NCBI GenBank assembly: GCA_021161255.1
Contig: JAGHAZ010000056.1
Coordinates: 862-64,861, forward strand
Length of the DNA stretch: 64,000 nt
Source: Candidatus Bathyarchaeota archaeon
GTDB taxonomy: Archaea; Thermoproteota; CALKCG01; B24
Direction of reading: 5' to 3'
The translations under genes and the position numbers were made by a program. The notes under the pieces were generated by a model. The model was given only the letters and a program-made list of their open reading frames with translations. It was not told where the DNA came from and did no database searches. Every line of letters starts with the position of its first letter. Within the stretch, counting starts at the first letter, position 1. Below are positions 39,893 through 50,069 of this stretch, in pieces.

Positions 39893-40507
39893 CTACACCT
39901 CGAGTATTCTCACACCGTCTGGAAGACCCATCCTTCTAGACTCGCAGAGCTCCAATAGTTTAGCCGGGTTTTCAGAGACCCATCCATAGCATTCGTGAGG
40001 GTTAACGTCGACGAGAGCTAAGTGCTGAGGTAGCTCTAGAGGTGCGGTAAGTTCATGCGGCTCCGAAGCCCAGCTTGAGACGGTCACAGGTATGTCCAGC
40101 TTCCTAAGTAGTCTCACGTTACGTCTAATGTGTTTAAGGAGACGCGCCATCTCGATTCCTTCGACGTACATTAGCGGCTTAAGGTTAAGCTCGAAAAACT
40201 TTCCTGATAACGATAAAACCCTGACATCGGATAGGTTCATCGTGAACGGTCTACTCTGGAAGACTAGGTCTACCCGGGTTCTCAAGGCTCTTCTAAATTC
40301 TCGTCTAGAGCTGCAGGAGACGGCTATGACCGTAAACCTCCTCCTAAGCCTAGCTAGGAGACTGGGCTGGGCTTCTTCTGGTTTAAGGTCTATCCTCCAA
40401 ACTACTCGGAGACCGTCAGGGGATACGGCTTCTGGAGGAGATGCTCTGACGTCTTGAATAGTCAGAGCTACCGTGGAGAATCCCAGCTCTTTAGCTGTAT
40501 CCAACAT
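39893..40507 (-). CDS. rnp3: RNase P protein component Rpp30 (Rnp3)
   Basis: About 200-aa TIM-barrel-sized protein adjacent to Pop5 with an SSWASEP...LALVDVNPH pattern. The assignment rests on position and weak motifs. Confidence 0.5.
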   Translation of the reverse strand: MLDTAKELGFSTVALTIQDVRASPPEAVSPDGLRVVWRIDLKPEEAQPSLLARLRRRFTVIAVSCSSRREFRRALRTRVDLVFQSRPFTMNLSDVRVLSLSGKFFELNLKPLMYVEGIEMARLLKHIRRNVRLLRKLDIPVTVSSWASEPHELTAPLELPQHLALVDVNPHECYGWVSENPAKLLELCESRRMGLPDGVRILEV

Positions 40508-40567
40508 GTGCTTAACCGTATCGTCGTTATAGACGAGATGAAGGTCGTAGAACGTTCTCTTGAAGAG

Positions 40568-41002
40568 CTATCCCCCCTCAGGCTCTAAGAGGCTCGGAAG
40601 CTTTTTGAAGACATGGGGTTTAAGCTTTAGCCTGACGCAGATCGGGTCGCTATAGCCGGCTCTTAAACGTCCAAGATATGCCTCCTGCTTGTCGAACCTG
40701 AGATAAAGAATCTTATGCCGCCCTATATGCATGTCCAGGTTCCTCCTAAGGGACACTTTATCCTCCCAGCTCATCCGCTCTAGAAGGCTTAGGAGGAACT
40801 CCTCACTAGCGTTTTCGACGTTAACCCTGTAGACTATTATCGGGTTCCCATAGTGTCCCTCAAGCTTCTCCCTGATGTATACGACGTTTCCCTTAAACCT
40901 CTCGGGCAGGATGTTCTCGATAGCGGCCTTAACCCTATCAGGGTCTTCGGTAGCATGAGCGTAAGCCTCTATCTCCACAAGGTCCCTGGGATTTCTAGGC
41001 AT
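40568..41002 (-). CDS. conserved archaeal protein, possibly the COG1325/UPF0201 RNA-binding family
   Basis: 144 aa. Its position in the superoperon matches where a predicted RNA-binding partner is often found. Confidence 0.3.
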   Translation of the reverse strand: MPRNPRDLVEIEAYAHATEDPDRVKAAIENILPERFKGNVVYIREKLEGHYGNPIIVYRVNVENASEEFLLSLLERMSWEDKVSLRRNLDMHIGRHKILYLRFDKQEAYLGRLRAGYSDPICVRLKLKPHVFKKLPSLLEPEGG

Positions 41003-41055
41003 GGGCTATCAAAAGCTAACCGGTCGACGAAGCCATATAGGTTTTTCCCTAACCC

Positions 41056-41562
41056 TTAAACGCGTTCAAACCCGGCTATGGCACGCCATTTATTTCTCCA
41101 GCTTCTCCAACCGGTTTTCACATATTTCTCCCTGGCAGGGTCTTCGCTAACCCACTCCAAGAGGCTTCGAAACCGTCTCTTAGGTTTCTCCTCATCCAGG
41201 ATTAACCCGAGTTTTCTGAGAGATTTCAGAAACGTCTGCTCGGCTAGTCTCTGCGTCTCCCCGGTTATCTTGGTCGGTTTAACATTATAGCCCCTCTCAG
41301 AGAGCCGTTTCCTAGCCTTGGATAAGACGTATCCCGTGCATATCCTGACCTCTTCCTCGCGGCTTACGCCAAGGCTTCTCATAGCGTCTTCGACTATTTT
41401 AGCGGCTTCGTCTAGGTACTTCTTCCTTCTGAAGAGTTCCCCTTGGAAAAATTCGACGGGGATCTCTCCGACGTAGTGTTCCCCGGTCTCCACCCGCCTA
41501 GCCACTATTACGCATCCGCCTACTAAGTCTCCCCAGCCGGCGTCGTCGACCTCGACAGTCAT
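41056..41562 (-). CDS. hypothetical protein
   Basis: 168 aa, basic C-terminus, no recognised motif. Confidence 0.35.
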   Translation of the reverse strand: MTVEVDDAGWGDLVGGCVIVARRVETGEHYVGEIPVEFFQGELFRRKKYLDEAAKIVEDAMRSLGVSREEEVRICTGYVLSKARKRLSERGYNVKPTKITGETQRLAEQTFLKSLRKLGLILDEEKPKRRFRSLLEWVSEDPAREKYVKTGWRSWRNKWRAIAGFERV

Positions 41563-41575
41563 AGAAGCGTTCTCC

Positions 41576-42196
41576 CTAAACCGTGACCTCTTCGCCTATC
41601 TTGAGAACCCTAACCTCGTACCCCTTCGCCTCCGCCCTTCTCCTGAACTCTTCAGGATCCGCCTTTATCTGGGGGAAAGTGTCGTAGTGCATGGGTATCG
41701 CGAGCTTAGGCCTTATGATGTCTAACGCCTTCAAGGCCTCGTCTATGTTCATCGTATAGGTTCCGCCTATAGGTATGAGCAATACGTCTATGTCGGCTAG
41801 GGGTTTGACCCCGTCCAGATAGCAATCCCCGAGATGTGCTATCCTCTTACCCTCGAAGCCTATGATATACCCGGTCGGATATTTGCTCTGATGATGGCTT
41901 GCAGGTATCATCTCGACCTCGACGCCGTCTATCTCCCTCTTATCACCTACACGCATAACTATGGCCCCTGGGTAATCGCAAACAGGTGGGACGACGACTT
42001 TAGCCCCTGGGTAGCGGTCTATGAAGGCCTTATCGAAGTGGTCAAAGTGTTCATGGGTTACGAGAATTATGTCAGGCTTTCCCTCATACCTAGGGGCTAA
42101 GCTGTTACCTGTAAAGTATGGATCTATCAGTATGGTTTTGCCGTTTGAGATTTCGAAGCATGCGTGGCTCAGATACTTAATCTTCACCGCGGTCAC
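41576..42196 (-). CDS. MBL-fold metal-dependent hydrolase (UPF0173-like)
   Basis: VTHEHFDHFD is an HxHxDH motif. 206 aa. Confidence 0.7.
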   Translation of the reverse strand: MTAVKIKYLSHACFEISNGKTILIDPYFTGNSLAPRYEGKPDIILVTHEHFDHFDKAFIDRYPGAKVVVPPVCDYPGAIVMRVGDKREIDGVEVEMIPASHHQSKYPTGYIIGFEGKRIAHLGDCYLDGVKPLADIDVLLIPIGGTYTMNIDEALKALDIIRPKLAIPMHYDTFPQIKADPEEFRRRAEAKGYEVRVLKIGEEVTV

Positions 42197-42321
42197 CCGA
42201 TTTCAGATATACGGGGTCGCAGAAGATATATCTTTACCTCCACCATCGGATAGTAAGGTTAAAATATAGGCGATGCTCCCTTGAAATATGAGCCTTTTCT
42301 CCTGAATAAGGTAGTTAACCG

Positions 42322-42969
42322 TTGGGGGAACTAAATTTGCACGAGAATTTTCGAGTGTTGAAGACCGGCACTACAACCATAGGGTTGGTATGTAAAGACG
42401 GTATAGTCTTAGCCTCTGATACGAGGGTCACGATGGGTTTCATGGTGGCTCATAAGAAAGGCCGTAAGATATACCGTATAGACGACCATCTGGCGATAAC
42501 CATCGCCGGCACTGTCGCCGAAGGTCAGAACGTGGTAGACCTTCTGAAGATCTATGCTAAGCTCTACAAGATGGAGCATGGTAGACCTATACCCATAAAC
42601 TCGGCGGCTAAAATAGCCTCCCGCATACTGTATAGCAATAGACTGATCCCCTTAGCTGTTCAAGCCATAGTAGGCGGCGTCGACGACGATGGCCCTCACC
42701 TCTATGCCTTAGACCCCTTCGGAGGAATTACAGAGGAGAAGTGCTTCTCGACAGGCTCAGGCTCACCGATAGCCATAGGCGAGCTTGAGACGAGTTTCAA
42801 AGACGGTATAAGCGTCGAGGAGGCTATTCCCATAGCCGTCAGAGCCTTACGTGCCGCTATGCGTAGAGACATCGCAAGCGGAGACAGCTTCGACGTGGTC
42901 GTAATAGATTCCAAAGGTTATAGAGAGTTGTCTGAAGATGAGAAGGCGAAATTTGCGTCTCATGCCTAA
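42322..42969 (+). CDS. psmB: proteasome subunit beta (with propeptide)
   Basis: Thr-1 motif GTTTIGLVCKDGIVLASDTR after a short propeptide. TTG start. Confidence 0.85.
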   Translation: MGELNLHENFRVLKTGTTTIGLVCKDGIVLASDTRVTMGFMVAHKKGRKIYRIDDHLAITIAGTVAEGQNVVDLLKIYAKLYKMEHGRPIPINSAAKIASRILYSNRLIPLAVQAIVGGVDDDGPHLYALDPFGGITEEKCFSTGSGSPIAIGELETSFKDGISVEEAIPIAVRALRAAMRRDIASGDSFDVVVIDSKGYRELSEDEKAKFASHA

Positions 42970-43011
42970 AGCGTCGTCCACGTCTCCGATTAGCCGGGTT
43001 GGTGTTAAGAA

Positions 43012-44934
43012 GTGAGGAGACAGTTCCACGACCCTCTAACCAAGATAAGGGAGATAATCCTAGCCAAGATACCGAAGGAGGTCGGGGTTACTAGGATAAA
43101 CTTCGAAGGCTCTAGATTAGCCATCTACGTGAAGAGGCCTGAAATCCTACTTATCGAGAAAAGCTACATAATCTCCGATATCGTCGAAACGATGAGGCGG
43201 AGGATAGTCGTGAGGTCGGACCCCTCTGTCCGGGTTCCCGAGGAACAGGTCAAGTCGATCGTCGGTCAGGTCGTCCCCAAGGAGGCGGGTGTCGAGAACA
43301 TAATATTCAACGATGTTCTAGGCGAGGTCGTTATAGAGGCCAGGAAAACCGGCTTAGCCATAGGTAAAGACGGCTCCGTTCTTCAAGAAGTTCTTAAGAG
43401 GACTAGATGGATACCTAGGGTCGTCAGGGTGCCTACTATACCTTCGAAGATAATAGCCAACGTCAGACACGTTCTCTACAGCGAGCCTAGGGAGAGGGAG
43501 CGGATCTTAAGGGCGGAGGGAGAGAGGATATTCAGACCTATAACGTTCTCATCCGACGAGGTTCTTCTGATACCCCTCGGAGGGTTTAGGGAAGTCGGTA
43601 GGTCTGCGCTTCTCATAAAGACGAAGGAAAGCTCTATACTCATCGACTGTGGTATAAACCCCGGTGCCTCTAGGCCAAGTCAGATGTTTCCGTATCTGGA
43701 CTTTGAAGGCTTGGACTTAGATACGCTCGACGCGGTCGTGGTAACCCACAGCCACCTAGACCACTGCGGAGCGGTGCCGCTACTCTATAAATACGGGTAT
43801 AAGGGGCTTGTATACTGCTCAGAGCCTACGCTCAGTCTCATGACCCTAACCCAGCTGGACTATCTGGACGTCGCCGCTAGGGGAGGCATGATACCCCCAT
43901 ATACGCAGAGGGATGTCCGAGAGATGATACTGCATACCGTGACTCTTAGATACGGATACGTCGTCGATATAGCCCCTGAGGTCAAGCTTACGCTTTGGAA
44001 CGCAGGTCACATACTAGGCTCCTCGATAGTTCACATACACATAGGCGAGGGGCACCATAACATAGTGGTGACTGGCGACTTTAAAAACGGTAGAACTATG
44101 CTTCTCGACCCTTCGGTCACGGCTTTCCCGAGAGTCGAAACGCTTGTCATAGAGTCCACATACGGCGGTGAGAAGGATGTGATGCCGCCTAGACCTGAAG
44201 TCGAGGCTATGTTCATCTCGACGATAAATAAGACGGTGGAGCGTGGAGGTAAGGTCCTTATACCGACGCCGGCTGTAGGGAGAGGACAGGAGATAATGAT
44301 GGTCATAGACTCCTACATGAGACGGGGTTTGCTCAAAGAGGTCCCTGTGTATCTTGATGGGATGCTCAACGAGGCTACAGCCATACATACGGCCTATCCG
44401 GAGTACTTATCTAGAGGGCTTAGGGATAAGATTCTACGCGAAGACGTCAACGTCTTTCAATCCGAGTACTTCACACCCGTCACTGGTCAGGACCAGAGGG
44501 AAGAGATAGCCGAGGATGGCCCGGCTATAGTGCTAGCTACGTCGGGTATGATGGAGGGCGGCCCGGTTCTTGAGTATTTCAAGCTCATGGCTGGAGACCC
44601 TAGAAACTCGCTCATATTTGTCAGCTACCAGATCGAAGGTACTCTCGGACGTAGGATAAAGAACGGCTTGAAAGAGGTGCCCTTACCTACCAGAGACGGT
44701 AGGATAAATATCACAGAGGTTAAGATGGAGGTGACGGCCATCGAAGGCTTCAGCGGGCACTCAGACAGGAGACAGCTTCTCTCCTATGTAAGAAGGATCA
44801 CTCCAAGGCCTAAAATGGTCATCGTCTGCCACGGAGAGGCTCAAAAGACCCTGCAACTATCCTCGTCTATATCGCGTATATACCGTATCCCAGCGACGGC
44901 TCCCCAAAACCTGGAGAGCGTGAGGCTCAGATAG
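43012..44934 (+). CDS. aCPSF1 KH-domain beta-CASP ribonuclease (archaeal transcription termination/3'-end factor)
   Basis: Two N-terminal KH domains, an MBL motif VVTHSHLDHCGAVP, and a beta-CASP domain. 640 aa. Confidence 0.85.
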   Translation: MRRQFHDPLTKIREIILAKIPKEVGVTRINFEGSRLAIYVKRPEILLIEKSYIISDIVETMRRRIVVRSDPSVRVPEEQVKSIVGQVVPKEAGVENIIFNDVLGEVVIEARKTGLAIGKDGSVLQEVLKRTRWIPRVVRVPTIPSKIIANVRHVLYSEPRERERILRAEGERIFRPITFSSDEVLLIPLGGFREVGRSALLIKTKESSILIDCGINPGASRPSQMFPYLDFEGLDLDTLDAVVVTHSHLDHCGAVPLLYKYGYKGLVYCSEPTLSLMTLTQLDYLDVAARGGMIPPYTQRDVREMILHTVTLRYGYVVDIAPEVKLTLWNAGHILGSSIVHIHIGEGHHNIVVTGDFKNGRTMLLDPSVTAFPRVETLVIESTYGGEKDVMPPRPEVEAMFISTINKTVERGGKVLIPTPAVGRGQEIMMVIDSYMRRGLLKEVPVYLDGMLNEATAIHTAYPEYLSRGLRDKILREDVNVFQSEYFTPVTGQDQREEIAEDGPAIVLATSGMMEGGPVLEYFKLMAGDPRNSLIFVSYQIEGTLGRRIKNGLKEVPLPTRDGRINITEVKMEVTAIEGFSGHSDRRQLLSYVRRITPRPKMVIVCHGEAQKTLQLSSSISRIYRIPATAPQNLESVRLR

Positions 44935-44980
44935 GGTTGGCGGAGTTAAAGATATTAGGGGCCTAACGTTACATAGGCTC

Positions 44981-45049
44981 GGGGATGATGAGCGACACTG
45001 TCTAAGGACATCCCGAGATGGATGATCTGAGCGAGCAGACTCTGAACCC
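44981..45049 (+). ncRNA. C/D box sRNA candidate 1
   Basis: gggg-ATGATGA (C box) then a 10-12 nt spacer, CTAA (degenerate D'), a GATGA-like C', and CTGA (D box) followed by accc pairing with the 5' gggg. T5 follows. The internal boxes are imperfect. Confidence 0.35.
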
Positions 45050-45129
45050 ATTTTTGGAAAAATCTCTTCGGCCTCGTCGAGATGAGGGAAGAGAAAAGTT
45101 AACTACTAAGGCGTTCAGATTCCTATGTT

Positions 45130-45189
45130 TGGGGCTGTGATGAATTCAGCCTTGGCGGAGTGGTGAAGACGGATCGACCGTCTGAGCCC
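45130..45189 (+). ncRNA. C/D box sRNA candidate 2
   Basis: ggggc-GTGATGA (C), 12 nt, CGGA (D'), 3 nt, TGAAGA (C'), 12 nt, CTGA (D), gcccc. This is the textbook 60-nt archaeal C/D sRNA architecture with a 5-bp terminal stem. Confidence 0.55.
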
Positions 45190-45284
45190 CTTTTGTAGGC
45201 ATGGTTCTCTATATTGAGCGAAATATATTTATGCGGTAGGCTCTTTTAGAGAATGGATAGGTGAGAAGGGCAGGGTAGATAGCG

Positions 45285-45866
45285 GTGGTTAAGACCCCAA
45301 TATGTCTATTCGACCTCAAAACGGGCATATTATGTTCAAGCTGTGAAGAAAAGCTTAGGATGGGCATTATCTCAGAGCTCGATATAGAGGTTGCTAAGGC
45401 TCTTTTAAAGCTCGAGGAGACGAAATATCGACATCTTCTTCAAGACGTAAGATTTCACAAAGCCTATGTAGTCGACGACGTGTTAGCCATCCTCGTCGAC
45501 CAGAAGGATGTGGTTAAGCTTGTGTCTAAGGGCGGTAGGCTCCTTAAGGAGCTCGGAGACATGTTCGGTAAAAAAGTTAGAGTTCTAAGCTATAGATGCG
45601 ACTTGAAGGAGTTTCTTGAAGAGCTTCTAGCACCTGCGAGTATACTGGCGCTTAATAGGGTCTGGCTACCAGATGGTAGTACTGAGGTTAAAGTGGTCGT
45701 ATCCTATACGGGTAGGAGACCTCCGATAAACTTCGAAACGGCTAAAAGCCTCTCCATGACTATACGAGGGGTTCCGCTGAGGATCGAGGTTGATAAGAGC
45801 AGAAGGGTTTTTCGACTGTCGAAATCTAAGAAACTCCTTAAGGGTCGGGAATCTGATCGAAAGTAG
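45285..45866 (+). CDS. putative KH-domain RNA-binding protein with an N-terminal Cys cluster (NusA-like)
   Basis: PICLFDLKTGILCSSC Cys cluster, then a KH-like GxxG region (LVSKGGRLLKELG). Confidence 0.35.
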   Translation: MVKTPICLFDLKTGILCSSCEEKLRMGIISELDIEVAKALLKLEETKYRHLLQDVRFHKAYVVDDVLAILVDQKDVVKLVSKGGRLLKELGDMFGKKVRVLSYRCDLKEFLEELLAPASILALNRVWLPDGSTEVKVVVSYTGRRPPINFETAKSLSMTIRGVPLRIEVDKSRRVFRLSKSKKLLKGRESDRK

Positions 45867-46006
45867 AGTTCAGCAGTAAGACGGAAATACGGCCTAAGAA
45901 AGCCTTTTTCACAGGTTTAGAAGCTTTTTAAGCGTTTAAACAACCGGCGACTAGGTAAACGTTTATATTCCTCGTTTAGATTTTCTGAAGTCTGGGTGAT
46001 GAACTT

Positions 46007-47686
46007 ATGGCGGCTATGGAAGCTATACCTGTCGTTACCGAAAGCGGTCAACCCATCCTGATACTCAAGGAGGGGACATCTAGGACTAGGGGTAAAGACG
46101 CTCTAAGAGCCAACATAATGGCCGCTAGGATAATCGCTGAGATGATCAAGACTTCACTGGGTCCTAGAGGTATGGATAAGATGCTCGTCGATAGCTTAGG
46201 CGACGTGACGATCACGAACGACGGCGCTACGATACTCAAGGAGATGGATGTACAACATCCGGCTGCTAAGATGATGGTTGAGATAGCTAAGGCCACCGAC
46301 AACGAGGTCGGTGATGGAACGACCTCTGTGGTGGTCTTAGCCGGTGAACTCCTAGCTAAGGCTCAAGACCTTTTGGACTTAAATATCCATCCGTCGGTCA
46401 TAGTGGAGGGCTATGAGGCCGCGGCTAGTAAGGCTCTCGAAATCTTAAGGGAGATCGCGGTTAAAGTGAACCCCGATGATAGAGAGATTCTCAAGAAGAT
46501 AGCTAAAACCTCTATGAGCACCAAGTCTGTTGCCGAGAGTAAGGAGTTCCTAGCGGATCTTGTCGTCGACGCTGTTCTACAAGTCGCTGAGAAAACCGAA
46601 GAGGGCTATAAGGTCGACTTAGATGATATTAAAGTCGAGAAGAAGGCTGGTGAGGATATAACCGCTACGAAGCTTATCCAGGGTATAGCCTTGGATAAGG
46701 AGGTCGTGCACCCAGGTATGCCTAAGACCGTTAAGGAGGCTAAGATCGCGTTGCTTAACTGCCCGCTTGAGATCGAGAAGACCGAGATCGACGCTAAGAT
46801 ACGCATCGAAACGCCTGAGCAGATAAGGGCTTTCCTAGAAGAGGAGACCAGGATGCTTAGAGAGATGGTCGATAAGATCGTTAATACCGGTGCTAACGTG
46901 GTGATATGTCAGAAGGGTATCGACGACATGGCTCAGCACTTCCTGGCTAAACGGGGTGTGCTAGCCGTTAGGAGAGTAAAAGAATCCGACATGAGAAAGC
47001 TTGCTAAGGCAACCGGGGCTAGGATAGTCACCAATATAGACGACTTGAGGTCTGAAGACTTAGGCTACGCTAAGCTTGTCGAGGAGCGTAAGGTCGGGGA
47101 GGATAAATGGGTCTTCATAGAGGGTTGTAAGAACCCGAGAAGCGTGACCCTGTTGATAAGGGGCGGTGCCGATAAGGTGGTCGAGGAGGCTGAGAGAAGC
47201 GTCCACGATGCATTATGTGTGGTCAGAGACGTGGTCCAGAACCCGGCGATCGTGGCTGGTGGAGGCGCTCCCGAGACCGAGGTTGCTTTGAGGATAAGGA
47301 AGTGGGCTGAAGGCTTATCGGGTAAGGAGCAGCTGGCTGTTCTGAAGTTCGCCGAGGCCATAGAGATAGTACCGACGGTTCTGTCCGAGAACGCTGGTCT
47401 AGAGCCCATCGACACGATCGTGGAGCTTAGGGCTTCGCATGAGAAGGGTAGCCTATGGGCTGGCGTAGACGTTTTAAACGGTAAGGTCGCGGACATGTAC
47501 AAGCTTGAGGTCCTAGAGCCTCTGGCGGTTAAGGAGCAGATAATAAAGTCGGCGGTGGAGGCTGCGTCTACGATACTCAGGATCGACGATATCATAGCGG
47601 CTGGTAAGCTCAAGGAAGAGGAGAAACCCTCAAAGCCTTCAGAAAAAGAGGAAGAGGAAAGTTTCTCGTCGAGTAGCAGCTTCTAA
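46007..47686 (+). CDS. ths: thermosome subunit (group II chaperonin)
   Basis: [15 protein letters not shown] and VAGGGA motifs. 559 aa with an acidic tail. Confidence 0.9.
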   Translation: MAAMEAIPVVTESGQPILILKEGTSRTRGKDALRANIMAARIIAEMIKTSLGPRGMDKMLVDSLGDVTITNDGATILKEMDVQHPAAKMMVEIAKATDNEVGDGTTSVVVLAGELLAKAQDLLDLNIHPSVIVEGYEAAASKALEILREIAVKVNPDDREILKKIAKTSMSTKSVAESKEFLADLVVDAVLQVAEKTEEGYKVDLDDIKVEKKAGEDITATKLIQGIALDKEVVHPGMPKTVKEAKIALLNCPLEIEKTEIDAKIRIETPEQIRAFLEEETRMLREMVDKIVNTGANVVICQKGIDDMAQHFLAKRGVLAVRRVKESDMRKLAKATGARIVTNIDDLRSEDLGYAKLVEERKVGEDKWVFIEGCKNPRSVTLLIRGGADKVVEEAERSVHDALCVVRDVVQNPAIVAGGGAPETEVALRIRKWAEGLSGKEQLAVLKFAEAIEIVPTVLSENAGLEPIDTIVELRASHEKGSLWAGVDVLNGKVADMYKLEVLEPLAVKEQIIKSAVEAASTILRIDDIIAAGKLKEEEKPSKPSEKEEEESFSSSSSF

Positions 47687-47692
47687 TCCTGT

Positions 47693-48616
47693 TTAACTTT
47701 TTAGACCGCAAAGTTTTAGCAGTCTTTCCCAGCCTTCATCTATATTTTTCTGGATCCTTTCGATTATATGCTTGTTCTCTGGCGTAAATAGGTGTCTGAA
47801 CCTACGCTGGGGTCTAAGAAACTCCTCCACAGGCTTAGGTTTACTTACTTTGACGCTGAGCTTGTAGACTCCGTTTTCGACTTCGTAGAGCGGGAAGTAT
47901 CTCGTCTGAACCGCGAGCCTAGATATCTCAACGGTCTTCGACGGGTCGAATCTCCATCCAAGCGGGCATGGGGCTAATACATGCAACACAGTCGGACCCT
48001 CTACCTCCAACGCTTTACGGACCTTCGTGATCAGGTCGTTCCAATACGCTATCGTAGCCGTGGCAGCGTAGGGTATGCCATGAGCTACAGCTATGCCTAT
48101 AAGGTCTTTCTTCCATTCAGGCTTCCCGGGTATAACCTTCCCGGCGGGGCTGGTGGTCGTCCAGGCTCCTCTAGGAGTCGCGCTTGACCTCTGGATGCCC
48201 GTGTTCATATACGCCTCGTTATCGTAGCATATGTACAGGAAGTCATGCCACCTCTCTAAGGCTCCTGATAGGGCCTGCAACCCTATATCGAACGTTCCCC
48301 CGTCACCAGCTATGACGACTATGTCGGGTTTTTCGTCCACGATTCCTTTCTTAACCATGTATTTATAGGCGGCTTCTATCCCTGAGGCTACCGCGGCGGC
48401 GTTCTCGAAGAGAACGTGAACCCAGGGTACTCCCCATGCCGTCTGCGGGTAGGAGCTCGAGACAACTTCCATGCATCCTGTAGGCGATACGACGACCGTC
48501 GGTCCTCTTAAGGCTTTGAGTATCATCTTTACAGCTATCGAGGGGCCGCATCCCGCGCATGCGTTATGCCCAGGCCCCCAAAGATCCTCCACGGGTAGTT
48601 GTTTAAGAGTAACCAT
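47693..48616 (-). CDS. porB: 2-oxoacid (pyruvate):ferredoxin oxidoreductase beta subunit
   Basis: TPP-binding GDGGTFDIG and a CxxC near the N-terminus. Confidence 0.85.
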   Translation of the reverse strand: MVTLKQLPVEDLWGPGHNACAGCGPSIAVKMILKALRGPTVVVSPTGCMEVVSSSYPQTAWGVPWVHVLFENAAAVASGIEAAYKYMVKKGIVDEKPDIVVIAGDGGTFDIGLQALSGALERWHDFLYICYDNEAYMNTGIQRSSATPRGAWTTTSPAGKVIPGKPEWKKDLIGIAVAHGIPYAATATIAYWNDLITKVRKALEVEGPTVLHVLAPCPLGWRFDPSKTVEISRLAVQTRYFPLYEVENGVYKLSVKVSKPKPVEEFLRPQRRFRHLFTPENKHIIERIQKNIDEGWERLLKLCGLKS

Positions 48617-48617
48617 C

Positions 48618-49799
48618 TTACACCACCTCCCTCACGTAACCTGTTAGGCTCGGAGGCTTAGCCCCCTCCGCGACCTTTAGACCAAGCTTGAACAGTTTCT
48701 CAGCCATCTCAGGCGTTACCTCGTCTCCACCCAGCCCATATGTGTAGTTCAGAAGCTTGAAGTCTAAGCCGTGTTTAACCATCAGCGACGCTATATCGCT
48801 TCCGAGAGGACCGAAGACCGCTCCAGGGCTTAAGGCTCTATCCAACACTATGAGGACCTTAACCTTCTCAAGAGCCGATACTAGGTCTTCCTCAGGGAAC
48901 GGCCTGAACAACCAGAGCTTCAAAGCTCCGACCTTTAACCCATCTCTCTCTCTAAGCCTTCTAGCCATGTACCTTATGGTTCCAGCGGTGCTTCCCATCG
49001 ATAATACAGCCACCTCTGCGTCTTCAAGTCCATAGCCGTAGAGAGTATCATACCTCCTACCGGTGAGCTTACCGAACTCCTCACCGACCTCTTTAACGAC
49101 CTTCAGAGACCTCATAATAGCCTCCTGCTGCTGTAGTTTAAACTTATAGTAGTAGTTAGGCATAGCCCATGCGCCGAAGGTCATGGGCTGCTTAGGGTCG
49201 ACCCAGTAGATGGGTTTCCTAGGCGGTAGGAACTTCTTAACATCCTCGTCTTCTAAAACCTCTACGTCTTCCATACAGTGCGTGAGCGTGAAGCCGTCTA
49301 GGTTCACAACTGTGGGTAGCTGGACATCGGGGTGCTCGGCTATCTTAAACGCCTGTATAACCCAGTCGTAGGCCTCCTGGACGTTCTCAGCGAACACCTG
49401 AACCCAGCCGCAGTCTCTAGAGCCCATCATGTCTGAGTGGTCGCAGTGGATGTTCAGCGGAGCCGATAAGGCCCTGTTAGCGACGGCCATGACTATAGGG
49501 CATCTCAGGCCTGAAGCTGCGTAGAGAACTTCGTGCATCAGGGCTAGTCCCTGGCTAGCCGTGGCCGTGAAAACCCTTAAGCCTGAAAGGCTTGCTCCGA
49601 CGCATACCGAGAGGGCTGAGTGCTCCGACTCGACGCATACGAACTCGGTGTCTATCTCGCCGTTTGCGACGTATTCGCTGATCCTCTCGACTATTATGGT
49701 CTGAGGGGTTATCGGATAGGCCGACACAAGTCCCACGTCGCACTGTTTAACCGCGTAAGCTACTGCCTCGTCTCCCATTAAACCTATACGCTTGCCCAT
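48618..49799 (-). CDS. porA: 2-oxoacid:ferredoxin oxidoreductase alpha subunit
   Basis: About 390-aa POR alpha domain architecture, immediately upstream of porB. Confidence 0.85.
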   Translation of the reverse strand: MGKRIGLMGDEAVAYAVKQCDVGLVSAYPITPQTIIVERISEYVANGEIDTEFVCVESEHSALSVCVGASLSGLRVFTATASQGLALMHEVLYAASGLRCPIVMAVANRALSAPLNIHCDHSDMMGSRDCGWVQVFAENVQEAYDWVIQAFKIAEHPDVQLPTVVNLDGFTLTHCMEDVEVLEDEDVKKFLPPRKPIYWVDPKQPMTFGAWAMPNYYYKFKLQQQEAIMRSLKVVKEVGEEFGKLTGRRYDTLYGYGLEDAEVAVLSMGSTAGTIRYMARRLRERDGLKVGALKLWLFRPFPEEDLVSALEKVKVLIVLDRALSPGAVFGPLGSDIASLMVKHGLDFKLLNYTYGLGGDEVTPEMAEKLFKLGLKVAEGAKPPSLTGYVREVV

Positions 49800-49802
49800 A
49801 GT

Positions 49803-50069
49803 CTACTCCTCCTCCACCATTGTTATGGCTTTCCTAGGGCATTCTTCTGCGCATATACCGCAACCTTTACAATAATCGTAGTTTATAGCTATGTGGTCTT
49901 CAAGCCTTATTATCGCTGAGTCTGGGCAATATATCCAGCATAGCAGACAGTTTACGCACTTCTCGACATCTACCACCGGCTTTTTAGTCCTCCAGCTCCC
50001 GGTCTTATTCTCAAGAGAGGTTCTAGGCTTGGTTATGACAGCGCCCATAACCACGTCATACTTGCTCAT
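49803..50069 (-). CDS. porD: 2-oxoacid:ferredoxin oxidoreductase delta subunit (2x[4Fe-4S] ferredoxin)
   Basis: CVNCLLCWIYCP and CKGCGICAEECP. Confidence 0.85.
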   Translation of the reverse strand: MSKYDVVMGAVITKPRTSLENKTGSWRTKKPVVDVEKCVNCLLCWIYCPDSAIIRLEDHIAINYDYCKGCGICAEECPRKAITMVEEE

